Below, piece after piece: positions 25,383 to 34,431 of a stretch of 64,000 nucleotides of DNA. The translations under genes were made by a program, and so were the position numbers. Each line of letters starts with the position of its first letter. Position 1 is the first letter of the stretch. Below the pieces are notes generated by a model that was given only the letters and a program-made list of their open reading frames with translations, searched no databases and was not told where the DNA came from. This DNA comes from an uncultured Candidatus Saccharibacteria bacterium. Lineage in GTDB: Bacteria > Patescibacteriota > Minisyncoccia > Phycocordibacterales > UBA9973. The stretch is taken from contig CAYGDG010000002.1 in assembly GCA_964348725.1 (NCBI GenBank), positions 202 to 64,201 of the forward strand, read 5' to 3'.

Positions 25383-27500
25383 TCATGAATCCTCCGTCTC
25401 ACCAGTGGCGACAAACGGCAGACCAGGCGCATAAAGAACGGGCAGGATTTCGCCCGATTGCGGATCCTTGTAATGGGTCGGCACGATCAGGCGACCCGTG
25501 TTCAGCATCATGCCATCGACGCAGAGGTATCCCTGACGGCTACGCGCCAAAAGCGGCAAGCCATAGTCATCCGCGTTCTTGAAAAACTTCACATGCCCCT
25601 TGGTGGCCAGAACGCTTAACCGCTCGCGGATTGTACGACTGCTCCCCAGGCCTTCCTTGTTCTCAAACCCTTCCGCGAACTGGTTGGCGGTATAGATCCG
25701 ACCTTCAAGGGCTTGTTCATAGATCAGGCGAATGATCGTGTCGGTCTTGCGGAGGCGTTCCGCGTCCTGACGGTCACCTTGATCCCTGAAGGCCAGACGC
25801 TCGGCATAACCTGATATCGCCTCCCAGCCATGCGTTGTGCGCACCACCATCCTGGGCGGCAATTCCGGCCCGTTGCGCAGCTCAAATATCAACAGCCGTT
25901 CGGGTCGCTTTTCATCGGGGCGATGGAGCATCACGCCGGAGGTGTAATAGGAACGCAAAGCCCCAGCGCCGCTTAACGCCTGAAAGGGATCTTCCTCAGC
26001 GGTCTTCTTCAGGAGCTTTCGTGTATGGTGCGCGAGGATGATCCCCGCATCAGGATTGATCCGACGGCGCAGTTCTTCCAACCGCTGCGCCAGAAAAAAC
26101 ATCATGGCGTCGTTGTCGTTTTCGCCACCGAACCCACCGCCATCAAAAACATTGCGCAAAGGATCAATGGCAATGATATCGGGCGGCCCATCGATGAACC
26201 GTTGACGGACGGCATCCGCTACCATCTCGATCCCAGCTTCATTCAGCGTGATCGAGATCTGCGGCGTGACGATAAAATTGGCGTTCAGGAACAGCGTGGC
26301 GGCTTCGGTGAAGGCCAGCCGCTGAATGCGCTCCCGCAGATAATGGTACTGCACCTCGGCCTGCAGATAGAAAACCCGCAAAGGCCGTTTGCTGGTCATG
26401 CCAAGAAAGGATGCGCCGCCCGCCATGTGTGCCAGCAGCGCGATCAGAAAATCGCTTTTCCCGACCTTGGGCGCGCCGCCAAAAACCAACAAGCCCCCAG
26501 GCGTCAAAATACGCGGGGCGATCAGATCATCCGGCATCGGGCTGCTGTCCCGTTGCAGGTCGGCGATGCTGAACAGCGGCAGGGTTTTGCGCATGGGGGG
26601 AGGATCTTTGGCTACCAGCCGTTCCCAGTTTTTGAGGATGGCGGCGATGTCCAGCCCTTCGGCCACAGCATCGGCGGCATCCCATTTGGCGGGTTTGTCA
26701 GGCGGGATTTTGAGAATTTCAACGGCAACCGCCCCAGCGCGGGCGGCGGCACTCGCGGCATTGCGGGCATAGACTTGCCCTGGCTCGTCATGATCGGGCC
26801 AGATAATGACGCGCTTGCCCCTGAGCGGTGACCAGTCGGTTTTATCAATCGGCGCCTTGGCGCCATGCATGGCGGTGGTGGCGCAGATGCCCATCCCAAT
26901 CAGCGCGACGGCGCATTTTTCACCCTCAACCAGAAGAACTGTATCCGCCCCGCGCAAACCCACCTGATTATAAAGCGGTCTTATCTCCGGCGCGCGCATC
27001 ACCCCGCGCAGGGCATCCCATGGGCGGAATTCTTTTTGTCCTGGGCGTGGGTCATAGCGATAGACGCTGGCGATCACATGGCCATCGGCATCCGTGTAAT
27101 CCCATTTCGCCGTGGGTGTGCCAAGTGATGTGCGGGCGGGTGGTTGTGTTCTGGCGAGTGATGGCATCGCACCAAGGCTGGCCTGAACATCGCGCAACAG
27201 ATCGGCAAACTGGCTTTTACGATCAAGGCCTTTCACCTCCGCCCAAAGATCCAGAACATCGCCCCCAGCGCCCGTGGCAAAATCATGCCAAAGACCAGCC
27301 TTGTTGCCGTGCAGTTCAATTTCAAGGCTGCGTCCTGGCTCCCCCCGTACATTGCCAATGATGAATTTCCCACCGCGCACAACGCCACCTTGCAGCAACT
27401 GCCGCAAGACATGGGGAAGGTTTTGTAAAAGACGTGCCTTTACCTCCCGCGCATCGGGAGGTTTAATCGGTATGACATTGGGCTGGGGTGACCGATCCAT
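25383..27500 (-). CDS. bifunctional primase/replicative helicase (Toprim plus RecA-like AAA_25 domain)
   Basis: 705 aa. Toprim segment VLLVEGEKCAVALIGMGICATTAMHGA...VIIWPDHDEPG. Walker A GGAPKVGKSDF, then LRVFYLQAEV. Confidence 0.75.
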   Translation of the reverse strand: MDRSPQPNVIPIKPPDAREVKARLLQNLPHVLRQLLQGGVVRGGKFIIGNVRGEPGRSLEIELHGNKAGLWHDFATGAGGDVLDLWAEVKGLDRKSQFADLLRDVQASLGAMPSLARTQPPARTSLGTPTAKWDYTDADGHVIASVYRYDPRPGQKEFRPWDALRGVMRAPEIRPLYNQVGLRGADTVLLVEGEKCAVALIGMGICATTAMHGAKAPIDKTDWSPLRGKRVIIWPDHDEPGQVYARNAASAAARAGAVAVEILKIPPDKPAKWDAADAVAEGLDIAAILKNWERLVAKDPPPMRKTLPLFSIADLQRDSSPMPDDLIAPRILTPGGLLVFGGAPKVGKSDFLIALLAHMAGGASFLGMTSKRPLRVFYLQAEVQYHYLRERIQRLAFTEAATLFLNANFIVTPQISITLNEAGIEMVADAVRQRFIDGPPDIIAIDPLRNVFDGGGFGGENDNDAMMFFLAQRLEELRRRINPDAGIILAHHTRKLLKKTAEEDPFQALSGAGALRSYYTSGVMLHRPDEKRPERLLIFELRNGPELPPRMVVRTTHGWEAISGYAERLAFRDQGDRQDAERLRKTDTIIRLIYEQALEGRIYTANQFAEGFENKEGLGSSRTIRERLSVLATKGHVKFFKNADDYGLPLLARSRQGYLCVDGMMLNTGRLIVPTHYKDPQSGEILPVLYAPGLPFVATGETEDS

Positions 27501-27725
27501 CTATTGCTGGTCATCCGATGCGGATTTGCCGCTCTTGGTCTCAAGGGTTTTGAGTTTGATAATCCCGTCGATCCATTGCAGGGCGCGGCCAACTTCGCGC
27601 ACCTCCTTCACCAGCGTTTCGCGGATGGACTGCAATTCCTCGTCCGGCTTCGCTTTCAGCTGCCCCACCGGTATCCGGCGGATATGCTTGAACATGGCTT
27701 CGTTCTCGGTCAGCGTGATCGTCAT
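27501..27725 (-). CDS. small hypothetical protein
   Basis: Likely 74 aa starting at MTITLTENEAMF, with a good RBS (aaggaaat). The longer track ORF runs through the sigma-factor 3' end and is probably an artefact. Confidence 0.4.
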   Translation of the reverse strand: MTITLTENEAMFKHIRRIPVGQLKAKPDEELQSIRETLVKEVREVGRALQWIDGIIKLKTLETKSGKSASDDQQ

Positions 27726-27817
27726 GGTATTTCCTTTCGTGGCATGGGTTGACCTCACGAAAGGCCGGTATGCGGACGGCGACCGAAGCGACGATGTTCG
27801 AACATATTTTTTGGCGT

Positions 27818-28387
27818 TTATTTTTCGTCCCCGTGTTCCTCCATGAATTTCTTTAACTTTTTCAAGCGGCTGGACATGGTCGTGCGCGGGATGCCGAGGA
27901 TTTCCGCTGCCTCGGTCACGCTGTATTCCAGCAACAGGTCGAAGGTCGCCTTCAGGTCGTCCGGCAGGCAAAGGCGCATTTTCTGTATATCCAGCGCACG
28001 CTCGACGATGTCGTGACGGACGGAGCGGAAAACATCGCCCCATAATCCTGCATCACTTTCGATACGCTCGACCCAATCGTCCTGACCTTCATCCGTGCCT
28101 GAGGTGGACAGAGAGACGTTCTTCACGCCTGACCATCGCTTCTGGGCTTCCAGTTCACGCAACATCTCCGCCGCGCGGTTATTGATCACCGTTTTGATGA
28201 AGCTCTTGGGATGGCCTTTGCTTGGATCAAACTCTGGCCAGGCCAACAGATAGGCAAGCATCAATTCCTGCTTGATATCTTCCAGATCGTCTTTGTTAAA
28301 ATGGGGAGTGCGAAGAAGCACGCGCGCCTTATAGGACGTGTAGCTAACGGCGTAGGAATCTACGCCGCCATAGGGGTTTTCTGACAT
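27818..28387 (-). CDS. sigma-70-family (ECF-like) RNA polymerase sigma factor
   Basis: 189 aa. Region-2-like KQELMLAYLLAWPEFDP and region-4 HTH VTEAAEILGIPRTTMSSRLKK. Confidence 0.55.
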   Translation of the reverse strand: MSENPYGGVDSYAVSYTSYKARVLLRTPHFNKDDLEDIKQELMLAYLLAWPEFDPSKGHPKSFIKTVINNRAAEMLRELEAQKRWSGVKNVSLSTSGTDEGQDDWVERIESDAGLWGDVFRSVRHDIVERALDIQKMRLCLPDDLKATFDLLLEYSVTEAAEILGIPRTTMSSRLKKLKKFMEEHGDEK

Positions 28388-28790
28388 TTCTTTTTCTCTG
28401 ACTGCGGTTGCGGAGACGCGCTCCGGTCAGAAAAAGAAAAGAAAAATTCCCGCGCTGGTTGTAGATGCGCACAATAAAAAAGCCGCCAGAAATGCGGCTG
28501 CCTTGCAAAAAATGGGCGGGTTACTTGGCTTTCGGAAAGTTTGTGCAGCGGTTACTACAACTGTATTCACTTCACATCATACGCTGATATGTTTTCTCAC
28601 ACGCATCGCGGGTGTCTTGCGCAGAGCGCAAACGCAAAATCGCTTGCAGGATCAGGGCTACAATTTCCGAAATGCGGTCGTCGCTGTTGATTGTGTCGGG
28701 ATTGTTTTCTGCATCCATCATCAAGCCCTCCTTGCTGGCTTGATGATCAGGTATGCGGTCGCCTAAAAAGACGACGAGTGTTCGGACAAT

Positions 28791-29216
28791 TTAGGTGGGA
28801 TCAATGAACCCATATTGCGCGCGCTGTTCTTTCCATGAAATCGGAAACCCGCGCACAACATTCTGCAGTGTGAGTGTGCGGGGCTGTTTACCGTCCAAGA
28901 TAGCTTCCACAATATCGGGTGCGAGCATGGTCAGGCGCATGAGGCGGTACACATGCGTGACCTCCGCATTCTCGCGTTTGGCCACATCCTTGGGGCTGCC
29001 GCAAACACCTTGGTCAATCAGCTCTTGCCACTGAAAGGCTTTGACCAGTGCACTTACAAAGGATTGATCGGGCTTTGACACACGCAAATCCTCCTCATGC
29101 GGCAAGGCCACCATGCCGCGCGGGGCGATGATCATCTTGCGTCCGCTACGCCGCCTGAATTGCACAGGCATCCGAATGGTGAGTATGTTTTCGGCCTCGT
29201 CGAATTGCAGGCGCAT
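28791..29216 (-). CDS. hypothetical protein downstream of the serine recombinase
   Basis: Track ORF 28791-29342. The likely start is MRLQFDE at ~29216, overlapping the recombinase 3' end. Confidence 0.4.
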   Translation of the reverse strand: MRLQFDEAENILTIRMPVQFRRRSGRKMIIAPRGMVALPHEEDLRVSKPDQSFVSALVKAFQWQELIDQGVCGSPKDVAKRENAEVTHVYRLMRLTMLAPDIVEAILDGKQPRTLTLQNVVRGFPISWKEQRAQYGFIDPT

Positions 29217-30585
29217 CGTTTTCTCCTTTCTTGTGCTGGCTGACCTTGTGTTGATTGATGAGCGTGGTGAAGCCATCAAGCCGTAAATCAATCCTGACCT
29301 CATCGGTGCCGACATCCACGCGTTTGACCAGAAGCTCTGCAACCCGCTGCTGTTCCAGCGCGGTCATCGCTTTCCAAAACCCGTCAAAATCCTTGATCTG
29401 CTTGCGCAGCTCCTCAAACCCAAAATCCGTGATGCTGGCATCATTCATCAGCCTTTGAATGCGGGTGAGGATTTCAGGGGATTGGATAAGGGAGCGCAGC
29501 TGCGCCACCACCAGCGCATCCAGCTCGGCCATCGGCACGCTGCCCACGCGGCAAGCTTCATAGGATTTACGGTTGACGGTAGTGGCCGTGTAATAGCGAT
29601 AGACGCGATTGTGTTGCTTGGCAGCGGTCGCCGTCATCGCGGCATCACAGCAGGTGCATTTCACAATGCCGCGCAAGAGAGCGGGGTTTTTGTTCTTGGT
29701 ATAATTGCCCCGTGCGACGGGACATTCCTTGAAGGTCTCTTGCGCCTTGTTGAATAACTCCTGCGATATGATCGCCTCGTGCTGGCCTTCATAGATTTTA
29801 CCCTTGTGCTGGATCTTGCCGATATAAATCGGGTTTTTCAGGATGCGGTAGAGATACTGCTTATCCATTTCCTGCCCACCGCGCTCGTTGCCAGACCCGC
29901 TGATGTAATATTTGGTGCGGATACCTGAGAGGTTCAGTTCCTCCTGCAATCGGGTGATTGATTTGATGGCGATGAACCGTTCAAAAATATGCCGCACGGT
30001 TTTGGCTTCCTCTGGCACGATGTAGAGCTTTCGGCTTTCAACGCGATAGCCCAGCGGCAGGGAGCCACCCATGAAGATGCCTTTTTGTTTGGAAAGCTCG
30101 AACTTGTCGAGAATACGCTCGCGGATCACTTCGCGCTCGAACTGCGCAAAGCTGAGAAGCATATTGAGCATCAGCTTGCCCATCGGCTGGCTGGTATCAA
30201 AATTCTGGGTGACGCTGACAAACTCCACGCCGTGTTTTTCAAAAACTTTGAGCAGGTCGTAAAAATCCATCAGCGAGCGACTGATGCGATCCACCTTATA
30301 GACCACCACAATATCGATGCGCCCGTTCTGGATATCATCCATCATGCGCTTGAGGGCAGGCCGCTCGATATTTCCGCCCGAAAACCCGCCATCGTCATAG
30401 TTTTCAGGAATGACGCGCCAGCCGCTGTCAGATTGGGAGAGAATGTAATTCTCCGCACGCTCGCGCTGGGCATGCAGCGTGTTGTGTTCCTTGTTCAGAC
30501 CTTCTTCATTCGATTTGCGAGTGTAGATGGCGCAGCGTTTGATTTTGGATTCTTCTGGTGCTGGGGCTGGCTTACGGGATTTCAT
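29146..30585 (-). CDS. large serine recombinase (integrase)
   Basis: 479 aa. N-terminal resolvase catalytic domain (CAIYTRKSNEE...DGGFSGGNIERPALKRMMDDIQNGRIDIVVVYKVDRISRS), then recombinase and zinc-ribbon regions (CTCCDAAMTA). Confidence 0.85.
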   Translation of the reverse strand: MKSRKPAPAPEESKIKRCAIYTRKSNEEGLNKEHNTLHAQRERAENYILSQSDSGWRVIPENYDDGGFSGGNIERPALKRMMDDIQNGRIDIVVVYKVDRISRSLMDFYDLLKVFEKHGVEFVSVTQNFDTSQPMGKLMLNMLLSFAQFEREVIRERILDKFELSKQKGIFMGGSLPLGYRVESRKLYIVPEEAKTVRHIFERFIAIKSITRLQEELNLSGIRTKYYISGSGNERGGQEMDKQYLYRILKNPIYIGKIQHKGKIYEGQHEAIISQELFNKAQETFKECPVARGNYTKNKNPALLRGIVKCTCCDAAMTATAAKQHNRVYRYYTATTVNRKSYEACRVGSVPMAELDALVVAQLRSLIQSPEILTRIQRLMNDASITDFGFEELRKQIKDFDGFWKAMTALEQQRVAELLVKRVDVGTDEVRIDLRLDGFTTLINQHKVSQHKKGENDAPAIRRGRKHTHHSDACAIQAA

Positions 30586-31019
30586 CGCTTGCCTCCACCA
30601 AGGCCAAAGAATTCAGTGCCACTACGGTTCGCGCCGACAATCTCGGAGGCGATACCGCTCAAACTTCTGTAAACCCTGCCTTGGTATTCAAAACCCTTGG
30701 TCAGCACCGTCACGAAATGCTGCTGCCCATCATATTCCCGCATCAGGCGGGTGCCCACCGGCGGGCGGTTCTTCATGCGGAAGGTGCGCTTGGGTTTCAG
30801 CTTGGCCCCAGCGGCAAGAGCTTTGAGCTGCTGCCGCACCTCTGGCTTCAGACCGCCATACTCGACCTCCTGCATCCGGTAGGCCAGTTTCTGCACCAGC
30901 GTGGCCTTGTTGAACACGGGCGCGGGCTGGTTGAAGTAACTCTGCCACAGGGCCTTCAGTTCCTTCATGCCCTCGGTCGGCAGACTGGCAATCTTTTGCT
31001 CTAATCCATTGTTTTGCAT
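30582..31019 (-). CDS. DUF2924-like protein (frequent partner of large serine recombinases)
   Basis: 145 aa. LKALWQSYFNQPAP...LVQKLAYRMQEVEYGGLKPEVRQQLKALAAG. Overlaps the recombinase start by 4 nt. Confidence 0.5.
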   Translation of the reverse strand: MQNNGLEQKIASLPTEGMKELKALWQSYFNQPAPVFNKATLVQKLAYRMQEVEYGGLKPEVRQQLKALAAGAKLKPKRTFRMKNRPPVGTRLMREYDGQQHFVTVLTKGFEYQGRVYRSLSGIASEIVGANRSGTEFFGLGGGKR

Positions 31020-31411
31020 TGGTTTTCCTCACATTTCGCATACATGCTTCGCTGGAGCGAATAGTCCAGCGAAAAACGCTCAAATGACTGGTATGCGAGA
31101 GGCGGGAAAAACGACGACGAGGGCCGAGTTTTTTTGCTGATTGGGTAACCATGTGATGCTAAGAAACTCGAAAAATGTTCGGACAATCAAATCCTTGATA
31201 ATCAAGCACATCACAACCTGAAGGTCGTTTTGAAAAAGCCGTGAGGTTTTGAGCAGAAACGGCCAAAACACCCCCAAAAGGTCAAAAATGAGGGGAAGTC
31301 TGCGTAGAGGTTTGGGAACAGGTTGGCCACAAAAGCCCGCAGAATATGGGGTTTTCCAAACGCAAAAACCGCCCGAAGGCGGTTTGAGAAGTGTTTATTT
31401 TGGTGTGATTG

Positions 31412-31542
31412 GTTGTGTGTTCGACCTGCGACAAAAACTATGCTCTAGAACGCCCCACAAATCCTGACATATTGAAAATAAAGACCTATTTGATGAACGG
31501 CACTTTGATGCCCCGGTTCAAATCCCGCTTTGGGAATTGAAC
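31412..31542. repeat. R1 repeat, copy 3
   Basis: ggttgtgtgttcgacctgcgacaaaaactatgctctagaacgccccacaaatcctgacatattgaaaataaagacctatttgatgaacggcactttgatgccccggttcaaatcccgctttgggaattgaac. Abuts the XRE gene stop. Confidence 0.7.
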
Positions 31543-31754
31543 TATGAAAGCCCCAGCACCTTCAAAATCTTCATTGCGCTATCGAGCTTGATGGTCGTCT
31601 TGCCTTGTTCGAAGCTGTTGAGCGTGGGCTTGCTGACGCCTGCCAAGACTGCCAGTTGCTCCTGCGTGAGCTTTTGCTCCTTGCGGCGTCTTACTGCTTC
31701 TTCGACGAAGCCTTGCCAATTAAGGCGCCCAGATTTTGAAAAGTCCCGTTCCAT
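31542..31754 (-). CDS. XRE-family HTH protein (antitoxin-like) downstream of hipA copy 2
   Basis: 70 aa, MERDFSKSGRLNWQGFVEEAVRRRKEQKLTQEQLAVLAGVSKPTLNSFEQGKTTIKLDSAMKILKVLGLS. Its start overlaps the hipA 3' end by 64 nt. Confidence 0.65.
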   Translation of the reverse strand: MERDFSKSGRLNWQGFVEEAVRRRKEQKLTQEQLAVLAGVSKPTLNSFEQGKTTIKLDSAMKILKVLGLS

Positions 31755-32911
31755 CTCTTCCCTATCAGTTTAATGAGATTGTCTTTGAAATCAGCCCCAC
31801 CGAGGGGCGCCTCTTGAATTGCGTCCTTGGCGGCCTCAATGTGCTTTTCCAGCCCCTGTGCGGCCATGTTGATGGCGGCTGGCGATAAACCGAACTCTTC
31901 GCCCAGCAACGTGAGATGACGTCCCTTGAGATCACCAATCGGGTGATCCTTGGATCCGGCGATCTTGAGTGCCAGCGTCTTGTAGTTATAAAGCGAAGCA
32001 GCGACCTGATCGTAAGACGGGGTCAGACGCAAACCGGCACTGGTATGGAACATCGCAAAGTTTTTGAGATGCATGTCGGTATTGCCTAAAAGCAGCCCGG
32101 CCAAAATGCGGCGGTATAGCAGATAGGCTTGCGTTGGGAGGCATCCATCTGTTCCCAGAATAAAATCCGCCATGTCCTTGTGCGCGCCGTCATACTTCGT
32201 GCGCGAGGATCGTCCTAGCAACTGGTTGAATTCCTCAAAGTGCAGACGCCCCTTCGGTGCGCGATCAAATCTCTTAATCAGCAAGGCTGGCTCGCCCAGT
32301 CCTTTGACGTCCTCAATGCCCAAATCAACGATCTCATCATCTGGCAGGAGTGCCTTGAAGGCGTGTGTCGTCAAATACTCGTTCAGCGTCAGATCCGGGT
32401 GGTTGGCTGAGGGGAATTTGGCGATATGCGTACTTAGCTCATTTATACGTGCCGGACGGTAAATGCCGCCTTCCTCAACAACAGCGAGTTTGGGCTGAAC
32501 ACCGGAGAGTGATGCCCTGCTCGTCAGAACCGCCATCTCCTTCGGATCGTCCAGATCAAGCATCGCCTCGCTGAGCGCGGACGGCTCCGGATCGACAATC
32601 GAAACCGCACCCGCGCAATCAAAGCCAAAGGCCAGAAGCAATTCAAAGCGCGTTACTTCGCGCCGTCCTAGCAGACGACTTTGTGCTTGCTCCAGCCAGC
32701 CCTCGGACACTAGATTATCAAAGAACGGGTGCAACCCGTTATTGCTGATATGGGCTTCTTCACGTACAGGCAGCGTGTGTGCGATGTCCGGGTGACCGCC
32801 AGCGATATAGCTGCTATCGTAGGTGAAGGTGACACGGCCTCCTGGCTCCTCGCGCAAGGTGCCTGCGAAGATGTCCTTGTAGTAGACTTTGCCCCATAAT
32901 AAATTTGCCAC
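31691..32911 (-). CDS. hipA: HipA-like kinase toxin, copy 2 of the duplicated pair
   Basis: 406 aa, >90% identical to 1946-3163. Same LGNTDMHLKNFAMF catalytic loop. Confidence 0.8.
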   Translation of the reverse strand: MANLLWGKVYYKDIFAGTLREEPGGRVTFTYDSSYIAGGHPDIAHTLPVREEAHISNNGLHPFFDNLVSEGWLEQAQSRLLGRREVTRFELLLAFGFDCAGAVSIVDPEPSALSEAMLDLDDPKEMAVLTSRASLSGVQPKLAVVEEGGIYRPARINELSTHIAKFPSANHPDLTLNEYLTTHAFKALLPDDEIVDLGIEDVKGLGEPALLIKRFDRAPKGRLHFEEFNQLLGRSSRTKYDGAHKDMADFILGTDGCLPTQAYLLYRRILAGLLLGNTDMHLKNFAMFHTSAGLRLTPSYDQVAASLYNYKTLALKIAGSKDHPIGDLKGRHLTLLGEEFGLSPAAINMAAQGLEKHIEAAKDAIQEAPLGGADFKDNLIKLIGKRWNGTFQNLGALIGKASSKKQ

Positions 32912-32951
32912 GGTTAAATCCTTTTAACTCAAAAGCCATTAAGAGGCCATA

Positions 32952-33014
32952 AAGTAAAATATAACTTACTTTTGTTAATTTTTCAACAATTAAAGTAAAG
33001 CGCATTTTACTTTT
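32952..33014. promoter_or_regulatory. palindromic operator pair upstream of hipA copy 2 (coordinates about +/-1)
   Basis: AAAGTAAAATATAACTTACTTT and AAAGTAAAgcgcatTTTACTTT. The second site overlaps the stop of the upstream phosphoesterase gene. Confidence 0.5.
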
Positions 33015-33783
33015 TAATCTCAATCTCCTTGCCCCTCTCGTCAAACCCGGCGCATTCAAAGCCGCCTCGCCGATTGGGGTAGCCCAGCTGGTTTGAAACA
33101 ATCCGGGTTTTGCCGATGGCCTGTTCATCGCATTCATGCGTGTGGCCGTAAATCCAGAGATCCGGCTGATGCTTTTCAATGATAGCCTGCATATCCAGAG
33201 AATTGAAAGCGGGCACCAGCGGGCTGCCCATATACTGGGTGCGCGGATTGATGACCGGAGCATGATGAAAGACCACGACACGCGGCCCCGCCAGATCCTC
33301 ATCAAACCATGCCAGCAGCTTTTGAACATAGCGATCATGAAAGCTGATCGTATCGGATGGCAAAAATGGTGAATGATCGGCCTTTCGGATCAGCCTGAAA
33401 TCATTCATCTGCATCTGCGCAGTTCTCATGGCCTCGGTATTGCCACCGTTAAAATTCGTCCACATCGTGCCGCCGAAAAAATGAACGCCGTCAATGTTGA
33501 GACTCTCGTCACGCAGGAAATGCACCTGCGGGTGATTGCTTTGCAGCCATACCACAAAAGCTTCTTCTTCCTCTGCCATCGGTGCTTGCGTGTAATATTC
33601 ATGATTGCCTGTGACGAAGATGACAGGCTTTTCCCACCCAGCCAGAAGCCGGGTGAAGGGGCTATAATTGCCAAAGGTGATTATATCACCCGCCAGGATC
33701 AAAACATCGCCGTCAGTATCCTCCGGCAGCCTAAAATCGGCGCCGAACTCAAGATGCAGATCACTGTAAATCAATAACTTCAT
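33007..33783 (-). CDS. metallophosphoesterase, paralogue of 22258-23040
   Basis: Track ORF 33007-33807. The likely start is MKLLIYSDLHLEF. Motifs LAGDII, GNHE, FHHAPV and YGHTHECDEQ, ending ...FECAGFD. Confidence 0.75.
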   Translation of the reverse strand: MKLLIYSDLHLEFGADFRLPEDTDGDVLILAGDIITFGNYSPFTRLLAGWEKPVIFVTGNHEYYTQAPMAEEEEAFVVWLQSNHPQVHFLRDESLNIDGVHFFGGTMWTNFNGGNTEAMRTAQMQMNDFRLIRKADHSPFLPSDTISFHDRYVQKLLAWFDEDLAGPRVVVFHHAPVINPRTQYMGSPLVPAFNSLDMQAIIEKHQPDLWIYGHTHECDEQAIGKTRIVSNQLGYPNRRGGFECAGFDERGKEIEIKK

Positions 33784-34378
33784 AATACCCGGTCTTTCTG
33801 GAGCCATGAAATCTGATGGCCTCCCATTTCTTCAATTCTGCAATATCACGTTTGGCGGTACTGAGGCTCACGCCAAAATGCCGAACGATATCTTCTGCTG
33901 TTTTACTTCGATCATTTTTTAACTTCAGGAGAAACCATTTTTGACGCTCATTCAAATTTATAGTGTCATTTATAGTGTCATCATTTCGAGGATTTTCTAT
34001 ACCGTTTCCGGCATGGATGCCTGAAATATTCTGGTGATTTTTACTGCTGATGATCAAATAGTAATCATCCCAGAATTCCTCCCCGAACAAATAAATAAGC
34101 AGGCCCTTCCGCAACGATGGCGAGCACTGCAGCAAGCGCAGAAAATGAAGGGATGATGGGACTTTGCAGCCCTCATACCAGTTTTTAATGCTGCGCAGAT
34201 TTGCACCCGTCAGATGGCCGATTGTTTTGATTGTATGAGGCTGTTTTCCAAAATCCCTCTTCAAGGATAAGGCAATTATTTTGATCAGTTCCTGATTGGA
34301 AATATTACCCCCTTTACGCGGAAATAAAGGGTCCATTTTTGTAAAAGACATTTTACTGCTCCTTTCTTTATTATTCAA
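33761..34378 (-). CDS. hypothetical protein with a C-terminal HTH
   Basis: 205 aa, AT-rich. C-terminal TAEDIVRHFGVSLSTAKRDIAELKK is HTH-like. Its 3' end overlaps the phosphoesterase start. Confidence 0.4.
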   Translation of the reverse strand: MNNKERSSKMSFTKMDPLFPRKGGNISNQELIKIIALSLKRDFGKQPHTIKTIGHLTGANLRSIKNWYEGCKVPSSLHFLRLLQCSPSLRKGLLIYLFGEEFWDDYYLIISSKNHQNISGIHAGNGIENPRNDDTINDTINLNERQKWFLLKLKNDRSKTAEDIVRHFGVSLSTAKRDIAELKKWEAIRFHGSRKTGYYEVIDLQ

Positions 34379-34431
34379 AAAGAGCAGTTTGCGATGATCC
34401 GGTTTAAAAAGCCCTGGGTCGCGCTCGGCAT

